A stretch of 43,503 nt of DNA, taken from the NCBI GenBank assembly GCA_044345075.1, contig JBIJBU010000003.1:1-43503 (forward strand). The letters are read 5' to 3'. Every line of letters starts with the position of its first letter. Position 1 is the stretch's first letter. The position numbers and the translations under genes are program-made. The DNA is from Candidatus Nanopelagicales bacterium. Its GTDB lineage: Bacteria; Actinomycetota; Actinomycetes; S36-B12. Of this stretch, positions 7,027 through 18,568 are shown one piece after another. A model generated the notes under the pieces. The model worked only from the letters and a program-made list of their open reading frames with translations, did no database searches and was not told the origin of the DNA.

Positions 7027-9630
7027 TCAGGCCTCGTCTGCCGGTGCGCCTTCCGAGACCTCATCAGCAGACGCCTCAGCGTCAGCCGCCGTGGTGTCGC
7101 CCTCGACAGTGTCAGTGTCGTCAGACTCATCATCGTCGTCGGATTCACCGCCACGAGCGACCGCCACGACTGCATCGCCCTCAGAGAGGTTCATGAACTT
7201 CACGCCCATGGTGTCGCGGCCCGAGGGGCGAATGCCCTCGACGCTGGAGCGGATGACCACGCCATTAGACGCGATGGCGAACACCTGATCGGTGGCCTCG
7301 CAGATGAGGGCACCGACGAGCGAACCGCGCTCCTCGACCAGACGCATGGCACGCACGCCGAGGATGCCTCGACCCTTCGGTGCCCATTCGCCCACCGCGG
7401 TGCGCTTGGCGAAGCCGCCATCAGTAATCGTGACGACGAAGGTGTCATCGCGAACAACATCCATGGCGAGCAATGCATCGCCATCGCGGAAGCGCATGCC
7501 GATCACGCCACCGGTCGCACGACCCATTGGACGCAAGGTGTCATCGTCGGCCACGAACCTGGCCGACATGCCCTTACGGGAGAACAGCATCAGGTTGTCG
7601 CTTGCCGACACGAGCTTCGCGGAGATCAATTCATCCTCATCAGCGAGGTTGATCGCGATGATGCCGCCTTGGCGATTGGTGTCGTACTCGCCGAGCTTGG
7701 TCTTCTTGACCATGCCGCGACGGGTGGCGAGCACCAGGAAGTCGGCGTCCTCGTAATTCGGAATCGCGAGCACCGACGCGATGGTCTCGTCGCTCTGGAA
7801 TGCCAGGAGATTCGCGACGTGCTGACCACGAGCGTCACGGCCGGCCTCGGGAAGCTGGTAGCCCTTAGCGCGATACACGCGACCCTTGTTCGTGAAGAAC
7901 AGGAGCCAATGGTGAGTGGTCGTGACGAACATGTGCTCGACGACGTCATCTTGTCGAAGAGCTGCACCCTTAACGCCCTTGCCGCCGCGCTTCTGTGCAC
8001 GGTAGAGCTCGGACTTCGTGCGCTTGGCGTATCCACCCGAGGTGATCGTGACGACGATGTCGTCGACAGCGATGAGATCTTCGTCAGTCACATCGCCATC
8101 CCAGGCGACGATCTGCGAACGACGCTCGTCACCGAACTTCTCGGTGATCTCGGCGAGCTCCTCCGACACGATGGTGCGCTGGCGAAGTTCGCTGGCGAGG
8201 ATGTCGTTGAAGTCGGCGATCTTGGTCATCAGATCGTCGTATTCGTCCATGATCTTCTGGCGCTCGAGAGCAGCAAGACGACGCAACTGCATGTCGAGGA
8301 TCGCGGTGGCTTGCAACTCATCGAGCTCAAGCAGCGCCATGAGGCCGGAGCGGGCGTCTTCGACGGTGGCCGATGCGCGAATGAGCGCAATGACTTCATC
8401 GAGTGCATCGAGTGCCTTGAGGTAACCGCGCAGGATGTGAGCGCGCTCCTCGGCCTTGCGCAGGCGGTAACGGGTACGGCGCTGAATGACCTCGATCTGG
8501 TGAGTGATCCAGTGACGCACGAACTGCTCGAGGGTGAGCGTGCGCGGCACGCCATCAACAATCGCGAGCATGTTGCAGCCGAAGTTGTCCTGCAGCTGTG
8601 TGTGCTTGTACAGCTGGTTCAGCACAACCTGAGCGACAGCGTCGCGCTTAAGCTCGATGATGAGGCGCATACCGGTACGCGACGACGAATCATCACGAAC
8701 ATCGGCAATGCCGGTGAGCTTGCCTTCGCCAACAAGCTCGGCGATGCGCAGCAGCAGATTGTCAGGGTTGACCTGGTACGGCAGTTCGGTAACAACCAGC
8801 AGCTGGCGTCCGCGGGAATCCTCTTCGACGGTCACGACAGCGCGCATCGTGACGGAGCCGCGGCCGGTGCGCTGGGCATCCTCGATGCCCTTGCGTCCGA
8901 CAATCAGTGCGCCGGTCGGGAAATCCGGACCCTTAATGCGTTCCATGAGTGCCGCGAGGCGCTCCTCGCGCTCGGCCTCAGGATTTTCGAGCATCCACTG
9001 CGCACCGGCTGCGACCTCACGCAGGTTATGCGGCGGGATATTCGTGGCCATGCCGACAGCGATACCGGAGCTGCCGTTGACAAGCAGGTTCGGGAAGCGA
9101 CTCGGAAGAACCAGGGGTTCCTGGGTGCGACCGTCGTAGTTGGGGCCGAAGTCGACAGTCTCTTCGTCGATATCGCGCACCATTTCCATGGCAAGCGGTG
9201 CCATGCGGCACTCGGTGTAACGCTGAGCGGCGGCGGGATCGTTGCCGGGTGAGCCGAAGTTGCCTTGGCCCTGCACCAACGGGTAGCGCAGCGACCATGG
9301 CTGCGCGAGGCGCACGAGAGCGTCGTAGATCGCGCTGTCACCGTGGGGGTGGTAGTTGCCCATGACGTCGCCGACCACGCGGGCCGACTTCGAGAAGTTG
9401 CGATCGGGGCGGTAGCCGCCGTCGTACATCGCGTAGAGCACACGGCGATGCACGGGCTTGAGGCCGTCACGCACGTCAGGAAGTGCACGCGAGACGATGA
9501 CCGACATGGAGTAGTCGAGGTACGAACGCTGCATCTCGGTCTGCAGGTCAACGGCCTCGATGCGGCCGTGCACACCTGGGTGCTCCTCGGTGCCTGAGCC
9601 GATGGTGTCGAGCTTGTTGTCGTCAGACAT
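7027..9630 (-). CDS. gyrA: DNA gyrase subunit A
   Basis: [24 protein letters not shown], active-site AAQRYTE, GyrA-box QKRGGKG, acidic tail. Confidence 0.99.
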   Translation of the reverse strand: MSDDNKLDTIGSGTEEHPGVHGRIEAVDLQTEMQRSYLDYSMSVIVSRALPDVRDGLKPVHRRVLYAMYDGGYRPDRNFSKSARVVGDVMGNYHPHGDSAIYDALVRLAQPWSLRYPLVQGQGNFGSPGNDPAAAQRYTECRMAPLAMEMVRDIDEETVDFGPNYDGRTQEPLVLPSRFPNLLVNGSSGIAVGMATNIPPHNLREVAAGAQWMLENPEAEREERLAALMERIKGPDFPTGALIVGRKGIEDAQRTGRGSVTMRAVVTVEEDSRGRQLLVVTELPYQVNPDNLLLRIAELVGEGKLTGIADVRDDSSSRTGMRLIIELKRDAVAQVVLNQLYKHTQLQDNFGCNMLAIVDGVPRTLTLEQFVRHWITHQIEVIQRRTRYRLRKAEERAHILRGYLKALDALDEVIALIRASATVEDARSGLMALLELDELQATAILDMQLRRLAALERQKIMDEYDDLMTKIADFNDILASELRQRTIVSEELAEITEKFGDERRSQIVAWDGDVTDEDLIAVDDIVVTITSGGYAKRTKSELYRAQKRGGKGVKGAALRQDDVVEHMFVTTTHHWLLFFTNKGRVYRAKGYQLPEAGRDARGQHVANLLAFQSDETIASVLAIPNYEDADFLVLATRRGMVKKTKLGEYDTNRQGGIIAINLADEDELISAKLVSASDNLMLFSRKGMSARFVADDDTLRPMGRATGGVIGMRFRDGDALLAMDVVRDDTFVVTITDGGFAKRTAVGEWAPKGRGILGVRAMRLVEERGSLVGALICEATDQVFAIASNGVVIRSSVEGIRPSGRDTMGVKFMNLSEGDAVVAVARGGESDDDDESDDTDTVEGDTTAADAEASADEVSEGAPADEA

Positions 9631-9651
9631 CAATTTCTCCGTTAGCCGAGC

Positions 9652-11616
9652 TTAGATATCGAGGAAGCGCACGTCGCGTGCGTTCTGCTGGATGAAGTTG
9701 CGGCGGGACTCGACGTCCTCGCCCATGAGCACACTGAACATCTCGTCAGCCTGCGCGGCATCGTCGAGAGTGACCTGCAGCAGTACGCGGCGCTGGGGAT
9801 CCATGGTGGTCTCCCAGAGTTCGTCGGCATTCATCTCACCGAGACCCTTGTAACGCTGCACTGCTTCTTCCTTCGGAAGACGGCGACCGGCGGCAACACC
9901 CGCCTCGATTACTGCGTCGCGCTCACGATCTGAGTAGACGTAGTCAGGTGCCTCGCGCGACCACTTGATCTTGTACAGCGGCGGCTGCGCGAGGAAGACG
10001 AATCCTTGCTCGACGAGTGGACGCATGAAGCGGAACAGCAACGTGAGCAGCAGTGTGCGAATGTGCTGACCGTCGACATCGGCATCGGCCATCAGCACGA
10101 TCTTGTGATAGCGCAGACGGTTGATATCGAATTCATCTTGCACGCCGGTGCCGAATGCAGAAACCAGTGCCTGCACCTCGGTGTTAGCCAGCACCTTGTC
10201 GATGCGCGCCTTTTCGACGTTGAGGATCTTTCCGCGAATCGGGAGGATCGCCTGGCGCTTGGGGTCGCGCCCTTGACGTGCGGAACCGCCCGCGGAGTCA
10301 CCCTCGACAATGAAGACCTCGCAGTCCTCGGGCTCACGGCTCGAGCAGTCAATGAGCTTGCCGGGCATGCCGGCGCCGCCAAGTAGACCCTTGCGGTTGC
10401 GGGCGAGATCGCGTGCCTTGCGTGCAGCCATGCGCGCGCTTGCAGCATTGACCGCCTTGCGTGCGATCTCCTTGCCCTCTGCAGGGTTCTTCTCGAACCA
10501 CTCACCCAGGCTCTCGTTGACGACCTTCTGAACAAAGGCCTTCATCTCGGTGTTGCCCAGCTTGGTCTTGGTCTGGCCCTCGAACTGCGGGTCCATGAGC
10601 TTGACGCTGATGATCGCGGTGAGGCCTTCGCGGACGTCGTCGCCGGAGAGGTTGGCTTCTTTCTCCTTGAGGATGTTCCACTCGCGTGCGAACTTGTTGA
10701 CCAATGTGGTTAGTGCTGCACGGAAGCCTTCCTCGTGCGTGCCACCTTCAGTGGTGTTGATGGTGTTGGCGAAGGTATACACCGACTCCGAGTACGTGGT
10801 GTTCCACTGCATGGCAACCTCGGCGCTCATGCGGCGATCGTCGGCCTCGGACTCCATGTAGATGATGGTGGGATTCGCGACACCCTTGCTGGCGTTGATG
10901 TGCGCGACGAAGTCGGCGATGCCACCTTCGTAGTGGTAACGCACGCGACGCACGGACTCGACCTCTTCGGTGCTGTCGATGTCGTCGCTGATGATCGGTG
11001 CGCGCTCATCGATGAGCTCAAGTGCCAGACCCTTGTTCAGGAAGGCCATCTCCTGGAAGCGACGTGAGAGCGTGCTGAAGTCATAGGTCGTGGTCTCGAA
11101 GATGTCGCCGTCGGCCCAGAAGGTGATGGTCGTGCCGGTGTGCTCGGAGGTACCGCTCTTCTCAAGCTTTGCCTGCGGGACACCGTGCTTGTAGCTCTGG
11201 CGGTAGATCGCCTGATCGCGCTTGACCTCAACATCGAGGCGGGTCGACAGCGCGTTCACGACAGAGACACCGACACCGTGCAGACCGCCCGAGACCGAGT
11301 AGCCGCTGCCGCCGAACTTTCCGCCGGCGTGCAGCACTGTGAGCACGACCTCGACGGCCGGCTTCTTCTCGACCGGGTGCTCATCGACCGGGATACCGCG
11401 GCCATCGTCGACGACACGGACGCCACCGTCGGCCAGCAAAGTCACGACAATGTTGGTGGCGTAGCCGGCCATGGCCTCATCGACGGAGTTGTCGACAACC
11501 TCGTAGACCAGGTGGTGCAGGCCGCGCTCGCCCGTGGAGCCGATGTACATGCCTGGGCGCTTGCGAACGGCGTCGAGGCCTTCGAGAACGGTAATCGCGC
11601 TGGCGTCATACGACAC
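9652..11616 (-). CDS. gyrB: DNA gyrase subunit B
   Basis: GTG 11616 after GGAGG; [54 protein letters not shown]. Confidence 0.99.
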   Translation of the reverse strand: MSYDASAITVLEGLDAVRKRPGMYIGSTGERGLHHLVYEVVDNSVDEAMAGYATNIVVTLLADGGVRVVDDGRGIPVDEHPVEKKPAVEVVLTVLHAGGKFGGSGYSVSGGLHGVGVSVVNALSTRLDVEVKRDQAIYRQSYKHGVPQAKLEKSGTSEHTGTTITFWADGDIFETTTYDFSTLSRRFQEMAFLNKGLALELIDERAPIISDDIDSTEEVESVRRVRYHYEGGIADFVAHINASKGVANPTIIYMESEADDRRMSAEVAMQWNTTYSESVYTFANTINTTEGGTHEEGFRAALTTLVNKFAREWNILKEKEANLSGDDVREGLTAIISVKLMDPQFEGQTKTKLGNTEMKAFVQKVVNESLGEWFEKNPAEGKEIARKAVNAASARMAARKARDLARNRKGLLGGAGMPGKLIDCSSREPEDCEVFIVEGDSAGGSARQGRDPKRQAILPIRGKILNVEKARIDKVLANTEVQALVSAFGTGVQDEFDINRLRYHKIVLMADADVDGQHIRTLLLTLLFRFMRPLVEQGFVFLAQPPLYKIKWSREAPDYVYSDRERDAVIEAGVAAGRRLPKEEAVQRYKGLGEMNADELWETTMDPQRRVLLQVTLDDAAQADEMFSVLMGEDVESRRNFIQQNARDVRFLDI

Positions 11617-11662
11617 TGGGGCGAGCCTCCTTGGTCGGGTCACGGGGACCTTCGTGCACGGC

Positions 11663-11742
11663 TGCCCGACCATCTCGATTCCGGAGGAACAACTCAGTCG
11701 GAATCGGGCGGTTCGGGCACTTCGGGGAAGGGCTCAAGTCTA
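11663..11742 (-). promoter_or_regulatory. gyrB promoter (-10 TAGACT at 11737-11742) and 5'-UTR hairpin
   Basis: Nested inverted repeats TGCCCGA/TCGGGCA and CGATTCCG/CGGAATCG (11663-11719) just downstream of a TAGACT hexamer. Confidence 0.55.
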
Positions 11743-11869
11743 CCTGGTTTTCGGGTAATTCCCCTCGCGCCACGGGCCTGTGCATGGCCCAACGGGATTT
11801 ACCCCCCCATTCACGTGGTGGTGTATTGACCAAGCCTGTTTGGGGCGACAGGGGCCCGTGATGCCTCGT

Positions 11870-12343
11870 TCAGCCGTATGTGTCGCGCGGGCCGCGACCC
11901 GGAACTGAACGGGGACCTGACTTCCACGAGGGGGCGGTTGGACCCTTGACCGTGACCTTGGTGACGACCCCTGCTCCGATGGCCTGGTCGATTGCCGTGC
12001 GTACCGTGCCCATGAGGAGGCGCACCTGGGTTGCCCAGGAGGTGGATTCGGCTCGAAGTACGAGCACTCCCTCCTCGAATGACTCAGGCTGGACGTGATC
12101 GGCGAGATCCGGGCCCACGATTTCGGCCCAGCGGGTGGTGAGGCTTGCCGCGGAGGCCTCCGCGGCCCAGCCACGATCGCGGATCAGTCGGTCAACTGCG
12201 GATCCGAGGAGCTCAGGATCCCGCCCAACACCCCTGGTCGGGCTCGGTGCCTGCTTCTTTCGGGGGGTGGTGGCCTTCTTGCCCGAGGAAGCTGCCCTGT
12301 TGAGGGCGCGGGCGGCGGCGTCGCTATCAGTGGGTTCAGCCAT
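11870..12343 (-). CDS. dciA: DUF721/DciA-family replicative helicase operator (Rv0004-like)
   Basis: RWAEIVGPDLADH, STSWATQVRL and C-terminal GRGPRDTYG; lies between recF and gyrB. Confidence 0.88.
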   Translation of the reverse strand: MAEPTDSDAAARALNRAASSGKKATTPRKKQAPSPTRGVGRDPELLGSAVDRLIRDRGWAAEASAASLTTRWAEIVGPDLADHVQPESFEEGVLVLRAESTSWATQVRLLMGTVRTAIDQAIGAGVVTKVTVKGPTAPSWKSGPRSVPGRGPRDTYG

Positions 12344-13469
12344 GACTCACCCCTCCCTTGACGACCTCGATGCGGGTGCCGGCAAGTTCTGCAGGGACAT
12401 CCTCGGCTACCGCGGCCGTGATGAAAGCCTGTTGCGCGGTTCCGACATGGGTCGCAAGGTGTGCGCGGCGCTGTGCATCCAACTCGGCAAAGACATCGTC
12501 AAGAATCAAAATCGGTGAATCCCCGTCGGCGGTCAGCAGGTCGAAGGCTCCGAGCCGCAGCGAGAGAGCAAGTGACCAGGACTCTCCGTGCGAGACGTAT
12601 CCCTTGGCCGGGAAGTCACCGAGCTGAAGTGCGATGTCGTCGCGATGTGGTCCCACGAGTGTGACACCGCGATCTAGTTCGTCTTTGCGTCGATCCGCTA
12701 TGGCGGAAAGAAGTTGAGCAGACCACTGCTCTCTATCTGTGGAGAGCTCCGCTTCATCACCCAGAGATGATTGGTACCTCGCATTAAGCACCATGTCGGT
12801 GTCACTGCCCGAAACCATCGCGTATTGCTGCTGCGCGAGAGGCATCAACTCGTTGAGAAGCGAGATGCGCGCCGCGATTAGTTCGCCGCCGTGAAGAGCT
12901 AACTGCTCATCCCACACTTCAAGAGTCTGCACGATTCTTTCTGTTCCGGCTTTGCGAGCAACGCTCGCTGACTTCAATAGTGCATTGCGTTGCTTCAGCA
13001 CTCGGTCGTAGTCAGCACGCGTTCCCGCTAGGCGCGGGATACGTTGAACGAGAAGTTCGTCGATAAATCGGCGACGCGCGCTGGGGTCGCCCTTGACTAA
13101 CTCGAGATCTTCCGGTGCAAAGACAACGGCCCGCACGATGCCGAGAATATCGCGTGTGCGTGGCACCGGTGACTTGTTGATCCGCGCCTTGTTCGCTTTA
13201 CCCGGTGTGATGGCAATCTCGACAAGTACATCCCTGTCGGCGGACGAGACATTTGCGCGAATGAAACCGCGGTCGCTTCCTTGCCGCACGAGCGGGAGAT
13301 CACTCGCCACGCGATGGCTGCTGAGGGTCGCCAGGTATCCAATGGCTTCAACGATGTTGGTCTTGCCCTGGCCATTGCGTCCGACGAAGGCAGTGATGCC
13401 CTGGCTGAACGGGCAGTCGAGCTGCTCATACGAGCGGATATCAGTCAGGCTGAGCGACTGAATCCACAT
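12336..13469 (-). CDS. recF: DNA replication/repair protein RecF
   Basis: GRNGQGKTN, RRRFID, GPHRDD, SHGE, LILDDVFAELD. Confidence 0.98.
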   Translation of the reverse strand: MWIQSLSLTDIRSYEQLDCPFSQGITAFVGRNGQGKTNIVEAIGYLATLSSHRVASDLPLVRQGSDRGFIRANVSSADRDVLVEIAITPGKANKARINKSPVPRTRDILGIVRAVVFAPEDLELVKGDPSARRRFIDELLVQRIPRLAGTRADYDRVLKQRNALLKSASVARKAGTERIVQTLEVWDEQLALHGGELIAARISLLNELMPLAQQQYAMVSGSDTDMVLNARYQSSLGDEAELSTDREQWSAQLLSAIADRRKDELDRGVTLVGPHRDDIALQLGDFPAKGYVSHGESWSLALSLRLGAFDLLTADGDSPILILDDVFAELDAQRRAHLATHVGTAQQAFITAAVAEDVPAELAGTRIEVVKGGVSHG

Positions 13470-13474
13470 GGTTG

Positions 13475-14605
13475 TCAGCCAGTAAGGCGAACAGGCATGA
13501 GCAGGTAGCGGTAGTCATCGACACCGGATGCGGCGTTGTTGTCTGCACCTGTGAGAACCGCCGGTCGGGTGGCCTGGGTGAAGGAGAACGTCGTTGTCAC
13601 AGAGTCAACTGCGCTGAGGCCATCAAGAAGGTACGTGGGGTTGAAAGCGATCTCAAGACCATCACCATCGACGCGGCACTCAACAACCTCGTTGGCCTGA
13701 GCATCCTCACCGGCACCCGCACGAAGCACTACCTCGGAACCATCGAATGCCAGGCGGACGGGAGTGTTGCGTTCCGCTACGAGAGCCACGCGCTTGACTG
13801 CGTCAGCGAGAGCCGCGGTGTCGACGGAGGCGACGGTTGCAGCTTCACTCGGCAACAGAGTGCGGTACTTGGGGAATTCGCCGTCAAGAAGACGTGTAGT
13901 GGTGCGTCGACCGGAACCCTCAAAACCGATGAGGCCCTCACCGGAACCACCGGCACTCAGTGCGATTGTCACGAGATCAGTTGTCGCCAATGACTTGGCG
14001 GTATCAGCAAGGGTCTTGGCAGGAATAAGTGCATTGACAGAAATTGACGAACTCTTCGGATTCCAGCTGAACTCACGAACCGCAAGTCGATAACGATCGG
14101 TAGCAGCCAGCACGATGTTGCCACCCTCGATCTCCATGCGAATACCGGTAAGAGTCGGAAGGGTGTCATCACGGCCGGCCGCCATAGCAACCTGTGCCAC
14201 AGCCGAGGCAAACAATGCGGCTTCGATATCACCGGATGAATCAGGCATAGCCGGGAGCGAGGGGTAGTCCTCAACCGGCAACGTGGGAAGCGTGAATGAC
14301 GAGCGACCACAGGTAATGACTACACGTGTTCCCTCATTCGATAACTGAACAGGGGCACCTGGGAGGGAGCGCGTGATATCGGCCAGAAGTCGACCTGACA
14401 CCAAACTGGTTCCGGGTGTTTGCACATCGGCGGCGATAGTCACTCGGGAGGAGACCTCGTAGTCGAAGCTGCTGAGGGTTACTGAATCCTCGTGAGCCTC
14501 GAGGACCAGGCCGGCGAGAACGGGCATGGAGGGTCGAGTCGGCAGCGTGCGCGCAGCCCAGGACACGGCATCAGCGAGCACATCGCGCTCAACCCGAAAC
14601 TTCAC
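13475..14605 (-). CDS. dnaN: DNA polymerase III beta sliding clamp
   Basis: MKFRVERDVLADAV, ATDRYRL, GEFPKY, IAFNPTYL, YLLMPVR. Confidence 0.98.
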   Translation of the reverse strand: MKFRVERDVLADAVSWAARTLPTRPSMPVLAGLVLEAHEDSVTLSSFDYEVSSRVTIAADVQTPGTSLVSGRLLADITRSLPGAPVQLSNEGTRVVITCGRSSFTLPTLPVEDYPSLPAMPDSSGDIEAALFASAVAQVAMAAGRDDTLPTLTGIRMEIEGGNIVLAATDRYRLAVREFSWNPKSSSISVNALIPAKTLADTAKSLATTDLVTIALSAGGSGEGLIGFEGSGRRTTTRLLDGEFPKYRTLLPSEAATVASVDTAALADAVKRVALVAERNTPVRLAFDGSEVVLRAGAGEDAQANEVVECRVDGDGLEIAFNPTYLLDGLSAVDSVTTTFSFTQATRPAVLTGADNNAASGVDDYRYLLMPVRLTG

Positions 14606-15096
14606 GACTTTCCTCCTGTGATCAATAAGAGAGTCAGTGTGTCAGGAGAATGGTCTACTCCACCAGCGGGGGCCACAATCCACAAAGGGTTGGTAGATGG
14701 TTGTTCTTTAACTCTTCTGACTAGATAAGTAGTCATCGTCATAGGTGTTGTGGATTGTGTGGATAACCCTCGTTTTTCCTGGTGAGGGTAGGTGTGTAGC
14801 TGTGTGGTCCATGTGGAGGGACATGACTGCATCTGTTGATACCTGTGGGGCAATTGCGGAATGAACAGTGATGTCCACCGGTGGGCCGCTCATTGTTCAC
14901 AGGTGGGGTCAAAAACCCGTGAGGAAGTATTTTTTTATCCACAAGGTTTCCACCACTGGGGATACATACATCACCTGGGATGAATGGGATTGATGTGACA
15001 CCAGGATTTCCTAGTATTTTTTCGAGTTACCCACAGGGTTATCAACAGAAGTTATCCACAGCTGTGTGCACAACTGGGGACAGAAGTGACGAATGG
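14606..15096. other. oriC: Chromosomal replication origin oriC (dnaA-dnaN intergenic region)
   Basis: AT-rich non-coding stretch. Perfect TTATCCACA boxes at 14758-14766 (minus), 14935-14943 and 15052-15060. Near-matches at 14749-14757, 14893-14901, 15027-15035 and 15039-15047. Tandem boxes plus NAN trinucleotide repeats on the dnaN side. Confidence 0.92.
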
Positions 15097-16536
15097 TTAC
15101 ACAGAGCGCGGCTGTGACTTGATTCGGCTCGTCAGATCAGTGACCTGGTTGAACAGGCTGCGCCGCTCAGCCATGAGCTGGCGAATCTTGCGATCAGCGT
15201 GCATGACCGTCGTGTGGTCGCGACCCCCGAAGGCCTGCCCGATTTTGGGAAGGCTGAGATCGGTGAGTTCCCGGCACAAGTACATAGCGATCTGACGTGC
15301 CGTGACCAGGACCCGCGAGCGACTCGATCCGCACAACTCCTCGACAGTGACTCCGAAGTAAGAGGCGGCCGCAGCCATGATTTGCGCTGCGGTGATCTCC
15401 GGACCACTCTCGGAGGGGAAGAGGTCCTTCAAGACGATCTCGGTAATGGCAAGGTCGACCGGCTGCCTATTGAGTGACGCGAAGGCGGTGACGCGAATGA
15501 GTGCACCCTCAAGCTCACGAATATTGCTGGAGATCTTGGAGGCAATGAACTCGAGAACTTCCGGCGGCGCTACCAGCCGCTCCTGAACGCTCTTCTTGCG
15601 CAGAATGGCGATACGGGTCTCGAGGTCGGGTGGTTGAACGTCGGTGATCAGGCCCCACTCGAAACGCGAGCGCATGCGATCCTCGAAATCCTGCAGCTGC
15701 TTCGGCGGAAGATCAGAGGTGACGACAATCTGCTTGTTTGCATTATGAAGAGTGTTGAAGGTATGAAAAAACTCTTCCTGCGTCTGGACTTTTCCGCTCA
15801 GGAACTGAATATCGTCGACAAGGAGAACATCGACATCACGGTAGCGGCGCTGGAAGACAGCCGCCTTATCGTCACGAATCGAGTTAATGAATTCATTCGT
15901 GAATTCCTCAGAGCTGACGTAACGAACACGCGTGCCCTTGTAGAGGGTGCGGGTGTAGTGACCGATGGCGTGAAGCAGGTGGGTCTTGCCGAGGCCAGAA
16001 CCTCCGTAGATGAAGAGCGGGTTGTAGGCGCGAGCCGGCTGCTCGGCGACAGCTACCGCCGCTGCATGGGCGAAGCGGTTACTAGAGCCGATGACGAAGG
16101 TGTCAAAGGTGTACTTGGCATTAAGCCGTCCGTCTTCAAGGCGAGTGCCGGGTGATCCGGTGCCCGGGCGTGAATCTTCAGTACGACCCTCGGATGCGAG
16201 GTCGGCGGTCTCGTCTGACGCGTCGGCGTACGTGGCGTCAGCCACCTCGTCTGTCGCTTCTTCGCCGATTGTGGGGGCGATGGTCGGGTCGACGGTGACA
16301 GCCAGTCGGATTTCACGACCAAGGGTCTGCGACAGGGCTTGTACGACCACCGGGCGAAGGCGGGCCTCAAGAACGTCTTTGGTGAATTCATTCGGGGCAG
16401 CCACCAGGGCGGTGTCCTCGACCAGGCCAAGGGGGCGAGTGAGGGCTACAAAGGCTCGTTGCTGGGGTGTGAGGATGCCATCGGAGAGGTTAGAAATCAC
16501 CTCTGTCCACACACTGGCGAGTGGATTGTCGTCCAC
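15097..16536 (-). CDS. dnaA: Chromosomal replication initiator DnaA
   Basis: GTG 16536 after GAAAGG; [47 protein letters not shown]. Confidence 0.99.
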   Translation of the reverse strand: MDDNPLASVWTEVISNLSDGILTPQQRAFVALTRPLGLVEDTALVAAPNEFTKDVLEARLRPVVVQALSQTLGREIRLAVTVDPTIAPTIGEEATDEVADATYADASDETADLASEGRTEDSRPGTGSPGTRLEDGRLNAKYTFDTFVIGSSNRFAHAAAVAVAEQPARAYNPLFIYGGSGLGKTHLLHAIGHYTRTLYKGTRVRYVSSEEFTNEFINSIRDDKAAVFQRRYRDVDVLLVDDIQFLSGKVQTQEEFFHTFNTLHNANKQIVVTSDLPPKQLQDFEDRMRSRFEWGLITDVQPPDLETRIAILRKKSVQERLVAPPEVLEFIASKISSNIRELEGALIRVTAFASLNRQPVDLAITEIVLKDLFPSESGPEITAAQIMAAAASYFGVTVEELCGSSRSRVLVTARQIAMYLCRELTDLSLPKIGQAFGGRDHTTVMHADRKIRQLMAERRSLFNQVTDLTSRIKSQPRSV

Positions 16537-16567
16537 GCAATACCTTTCCCACGACTGCATTCCCAGC

Positions 16568-16622
16568 TCATCCACAAGGTTTTCCACAGATGTGGACCCC
16601 GAGTTATGCGCCCTGTGGACAT
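16568..16622. promoter_or_regulatory. DnaA-box cluster upstream of dnaA (autoregulation or origin subregion)
   Basis: TCATCCACA 16568-16576, TTTTCCACA 16580-16588, TGTGGACCC 16591-16599, TGTGGACAT 16614-16622. Confidence 0.7.
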
Positions 16623-16696
16623 TAGTCATCACCAGGCGAAGTGACAAGTCGTCTGACCATATTTCTGGGGACGCTCACCCGGCGGGAACTGCCCAT

Positions 16697-16726
16697 TTGA
16701 CCGTCGATGGGTATTGTCCGTAGGCT
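16697..16726 (+). promoter_or_regulatory. Housekeeping-sigma promoter of the rpmH operon
   Basis: TTGACC-N18-TAGGCT about 60 nt upstream of rpmH. Confidence 0.65.
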
Positions 16727-16784
16727 CCCCTCACAAAATACGTTCTTCCCCGTCTGTCTTTGCACATCTCGTAGGAGTCCCGCC

Positions 16785-16919
16785 ATGAAGCGCACCTTCC
16801 AGCCCAACGTCCGTCGCCGGGCCAAGACCCACGGCTTCCGACTGCGGATGCGTACGCGCGCCGGCCGGGCCATCCTCGCCTCGCGCCGTTCCAAGGGCCG
16901 CACTCGCCTGTCTGCCTAA
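16785..16919 (+). CDS. rpmH: 50S ribosomal protein L34
   Basis: [39 protein letters not shown]; AGGAG RBS. Confidence 0.99.
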   Translation: MKRTFQPNVRRRAKTHGFRLRMRTRAGRAILASRRSKGRTRLSA

Positions 16920-16922
16920 GAC

Positions 16923-17270
16923 ATGCTGCCGGCGGCTCATCGGCTGCGGGTATCGGGTGATTTCACCCTTGTTCAGCGTCGGGGTACCCGAATTTCCCGT
17001 CCCACTCTCATCCTGAGTGCTTTGTCGCGCCCTGATTTCCCCACGCGCTTGGGGCTGTCCGTGGGCAAATCCGTCGGAAACTCAGTTGTCCGTCACTCCG
17101 TGAGCCGGAAACTGCGTCATTTGGCCGGACCCCACATCGAGGGGCTCCCCGCCGGCACCCAGCTCGTGTTGCGCGCCCTTCCTTCGGCAGCGGAGGCCGA
17201 CTCCACTCAGTTGGGCGATGACCTCACTGAGGCGTTGCTGGAGCTCACTCGGGTGGGAATCAAGTCATGA
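16923..17270 (+). CDS. rnpA: Ribonuclease P protein component
   Basis: MLPAAHRLR, RLGLSVGKSVGNSVVRHSVSRKLRH; follows rpmH. Confidence 0.95.
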   Translation: MLPAAHRLRVSGDFTLVQRRGTRISRPTLILSALSRPDFPTRLGLSVGKSVGNSVVRHSVSRKLRHLAGPHIEGLPAGTQLVLRALPSAAEADSTQLGDDLTEALLELTRVGIKS

Positions 17271-17599
17271 CTGCACTGGGAAGACGCGCGCTGTGGGTGT
17301 GGGATCACACCCTGGGGTACCCACTGGCCTGGGCACTGATCGGCCTGGTGGGGCTCTATCGAGTCACGATCTCGCCGCTTCTCGGCCCCACCTGCAGGTA
17401 CTACCCCAGTTGCTCCGCGTATGCCCTCGGGTCATTGAGGCAGCATGGGTCTCTGAAAGGATCCGTCTTGGTGGGTTATCGCTTGCTGCGCTGCAATCCC
17501 TGGAGTGGGGGCGGTGTTGACCCTGTGCCGTCACGCGAGCGCTGGCGACCCGACATACTTCCTGATGGACGTCCGCGCGTGCCCATGGCTTCGAGTTAA
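17267..17599 (+). CDS. yidD: Membrane protein insertion efficiency factor YidD
   Basis: CRYYPSCSAYA and RLLRCNPWSGGGVDPVP. Confidence 0.96.
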   Translation: MTALGRRALWVWDHTLGYPLAWALIGLVGLYRVTISPLLGPTCRYYPSCSAYALGSLRQHGSLKGSVLVGYRLLRCNPWSGGGVDPVPSRERWRPDILPDGRPRVPMASS

Positions 17600-17613
17600 G
17601 GATCACCTGATTC

Positions 17614-18555
17614 ATGTTCATTTTTGATTGGTTGAAGACCGGCGTTAGCTGGGTCCTGGTGCAGTTCCATCAGTTCTTCAGCAACTTCATGGATCCGGCC
17701 AGTGGTTGGACCTGGACCTTGTCCATCGTCGGTCTCGTGATCGTCATTCGAATCCTGTTGATTCCGCTGTTCGTCAAGCAGATCAAGTCACAGCGCAATC
17801 TCCAATTGATTCAGCCGCAGATCAAGGAGATTCAAAAGAAGTACAAGGGCGACAAGGAAAAGCAGTCGCAGGAAATGATGAAGATCTACAAGGAGACGGG
17901 TACTAACCCGTTGGCCTCGTGCCTTCCCATCCTGTTGCAGGCACCTATCTTCTTCGCACTTTTCAGCGTTCTCCAGAGCATCGCGATGTACAACGCGAAC
18001 GATTCCACCTATACAGCGCAAGGTGTTTTCCTGTGGGACCAGTACAAGGATCTCCTGCCGCTCGCGCATAGCGCGGAAATCTTCGGCGTACCGCTGTACG
18101 CGACATTCATGGATGCTGGACAGACACCGAACGTCATGGCGACGCGCACACTTGCGATCGTCTTGATCATTGCGATGACTGTCACGACCTTCTTGACCCA
18201 GCGCCAGCTCATCGTCAAGAACAGTGCGCCTGACAATCCGATGGTCAAGCAGCAGAAGATCATGCTGTACGTGTTCCCGCTGGTCTTCGCCATCGGCGGT
18301 ATCAATTTCCCGATCGGCGTTCTGATCTACTGGTTCACCACCAACCTGTGGACCATGGGTCAGCAGTTCTACGTGATCCGCAACAACCCGCAGCCAGGTA
18401 CACCTGCGCATGACGCCAAGATGGCGCGCCAGGCAGCCAAGGCGGCCAGCAAGGCTGGCATCCCCGAACTCACCACTGATGAGACTCCGGACCCGACCCC
18501 GCGGGTTCAGCCCAAGAAGACATCGCGCAGTAAGCGCAAGGGCACGACTTCCTGA
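17614..18555 (+). CDS. yidC: Membrane protein insertase YidC
   Basis: IRILLIPLFVKQIKSQR, NPLASCLPILLQAPIF, GVLIYWFTTNLWTMGQQ. Confidence 0.97.
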   Translation: MFIFDWLKTGVSWVLVQFHQFFSNFMDPASGWTWTLSIVGLVIVIRILLIPLFVKQIKSQRNLQLIQPQIKEIQKKYKGDKEKQSQEMMKIYKETGTNPLASCLPILLQAPIFFALFSVLQSIAMYNANDSTYTAQGVFLWDQYKDLLPLAHSAEIFGVPLYATFMDAGQTPNVMATRTLAIVLIIAMTVTTFLTQRQLIVKNSAPDNPMVKQQKIMLYVFPLVFAIGGINFPIGVLIYWFTTNLWTMGQQFYVIRNNPQPGTPAHDAKMARQAAKAASKAGIPELTTDETPDPTPRVQPKKTSRSKRKGTTS

Positions 18556-18568
18556 ACGGAGAACGACC

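Noticed and set aside
6967-9252. 761-aa plus-strand ORF
   Set aside because: Antisense shadow of gyrA, typical of high-GC coding DNA; the same applies to most other overlapping ORFs in the track.
12336-14605. Visibly more AT-rich codon usage in recF and dnaN (also the 3' part of parB)
   Set aside because: These are intact core genes in canonical order, so there is no evidence of horizontal transfer; the shift was not quantified.
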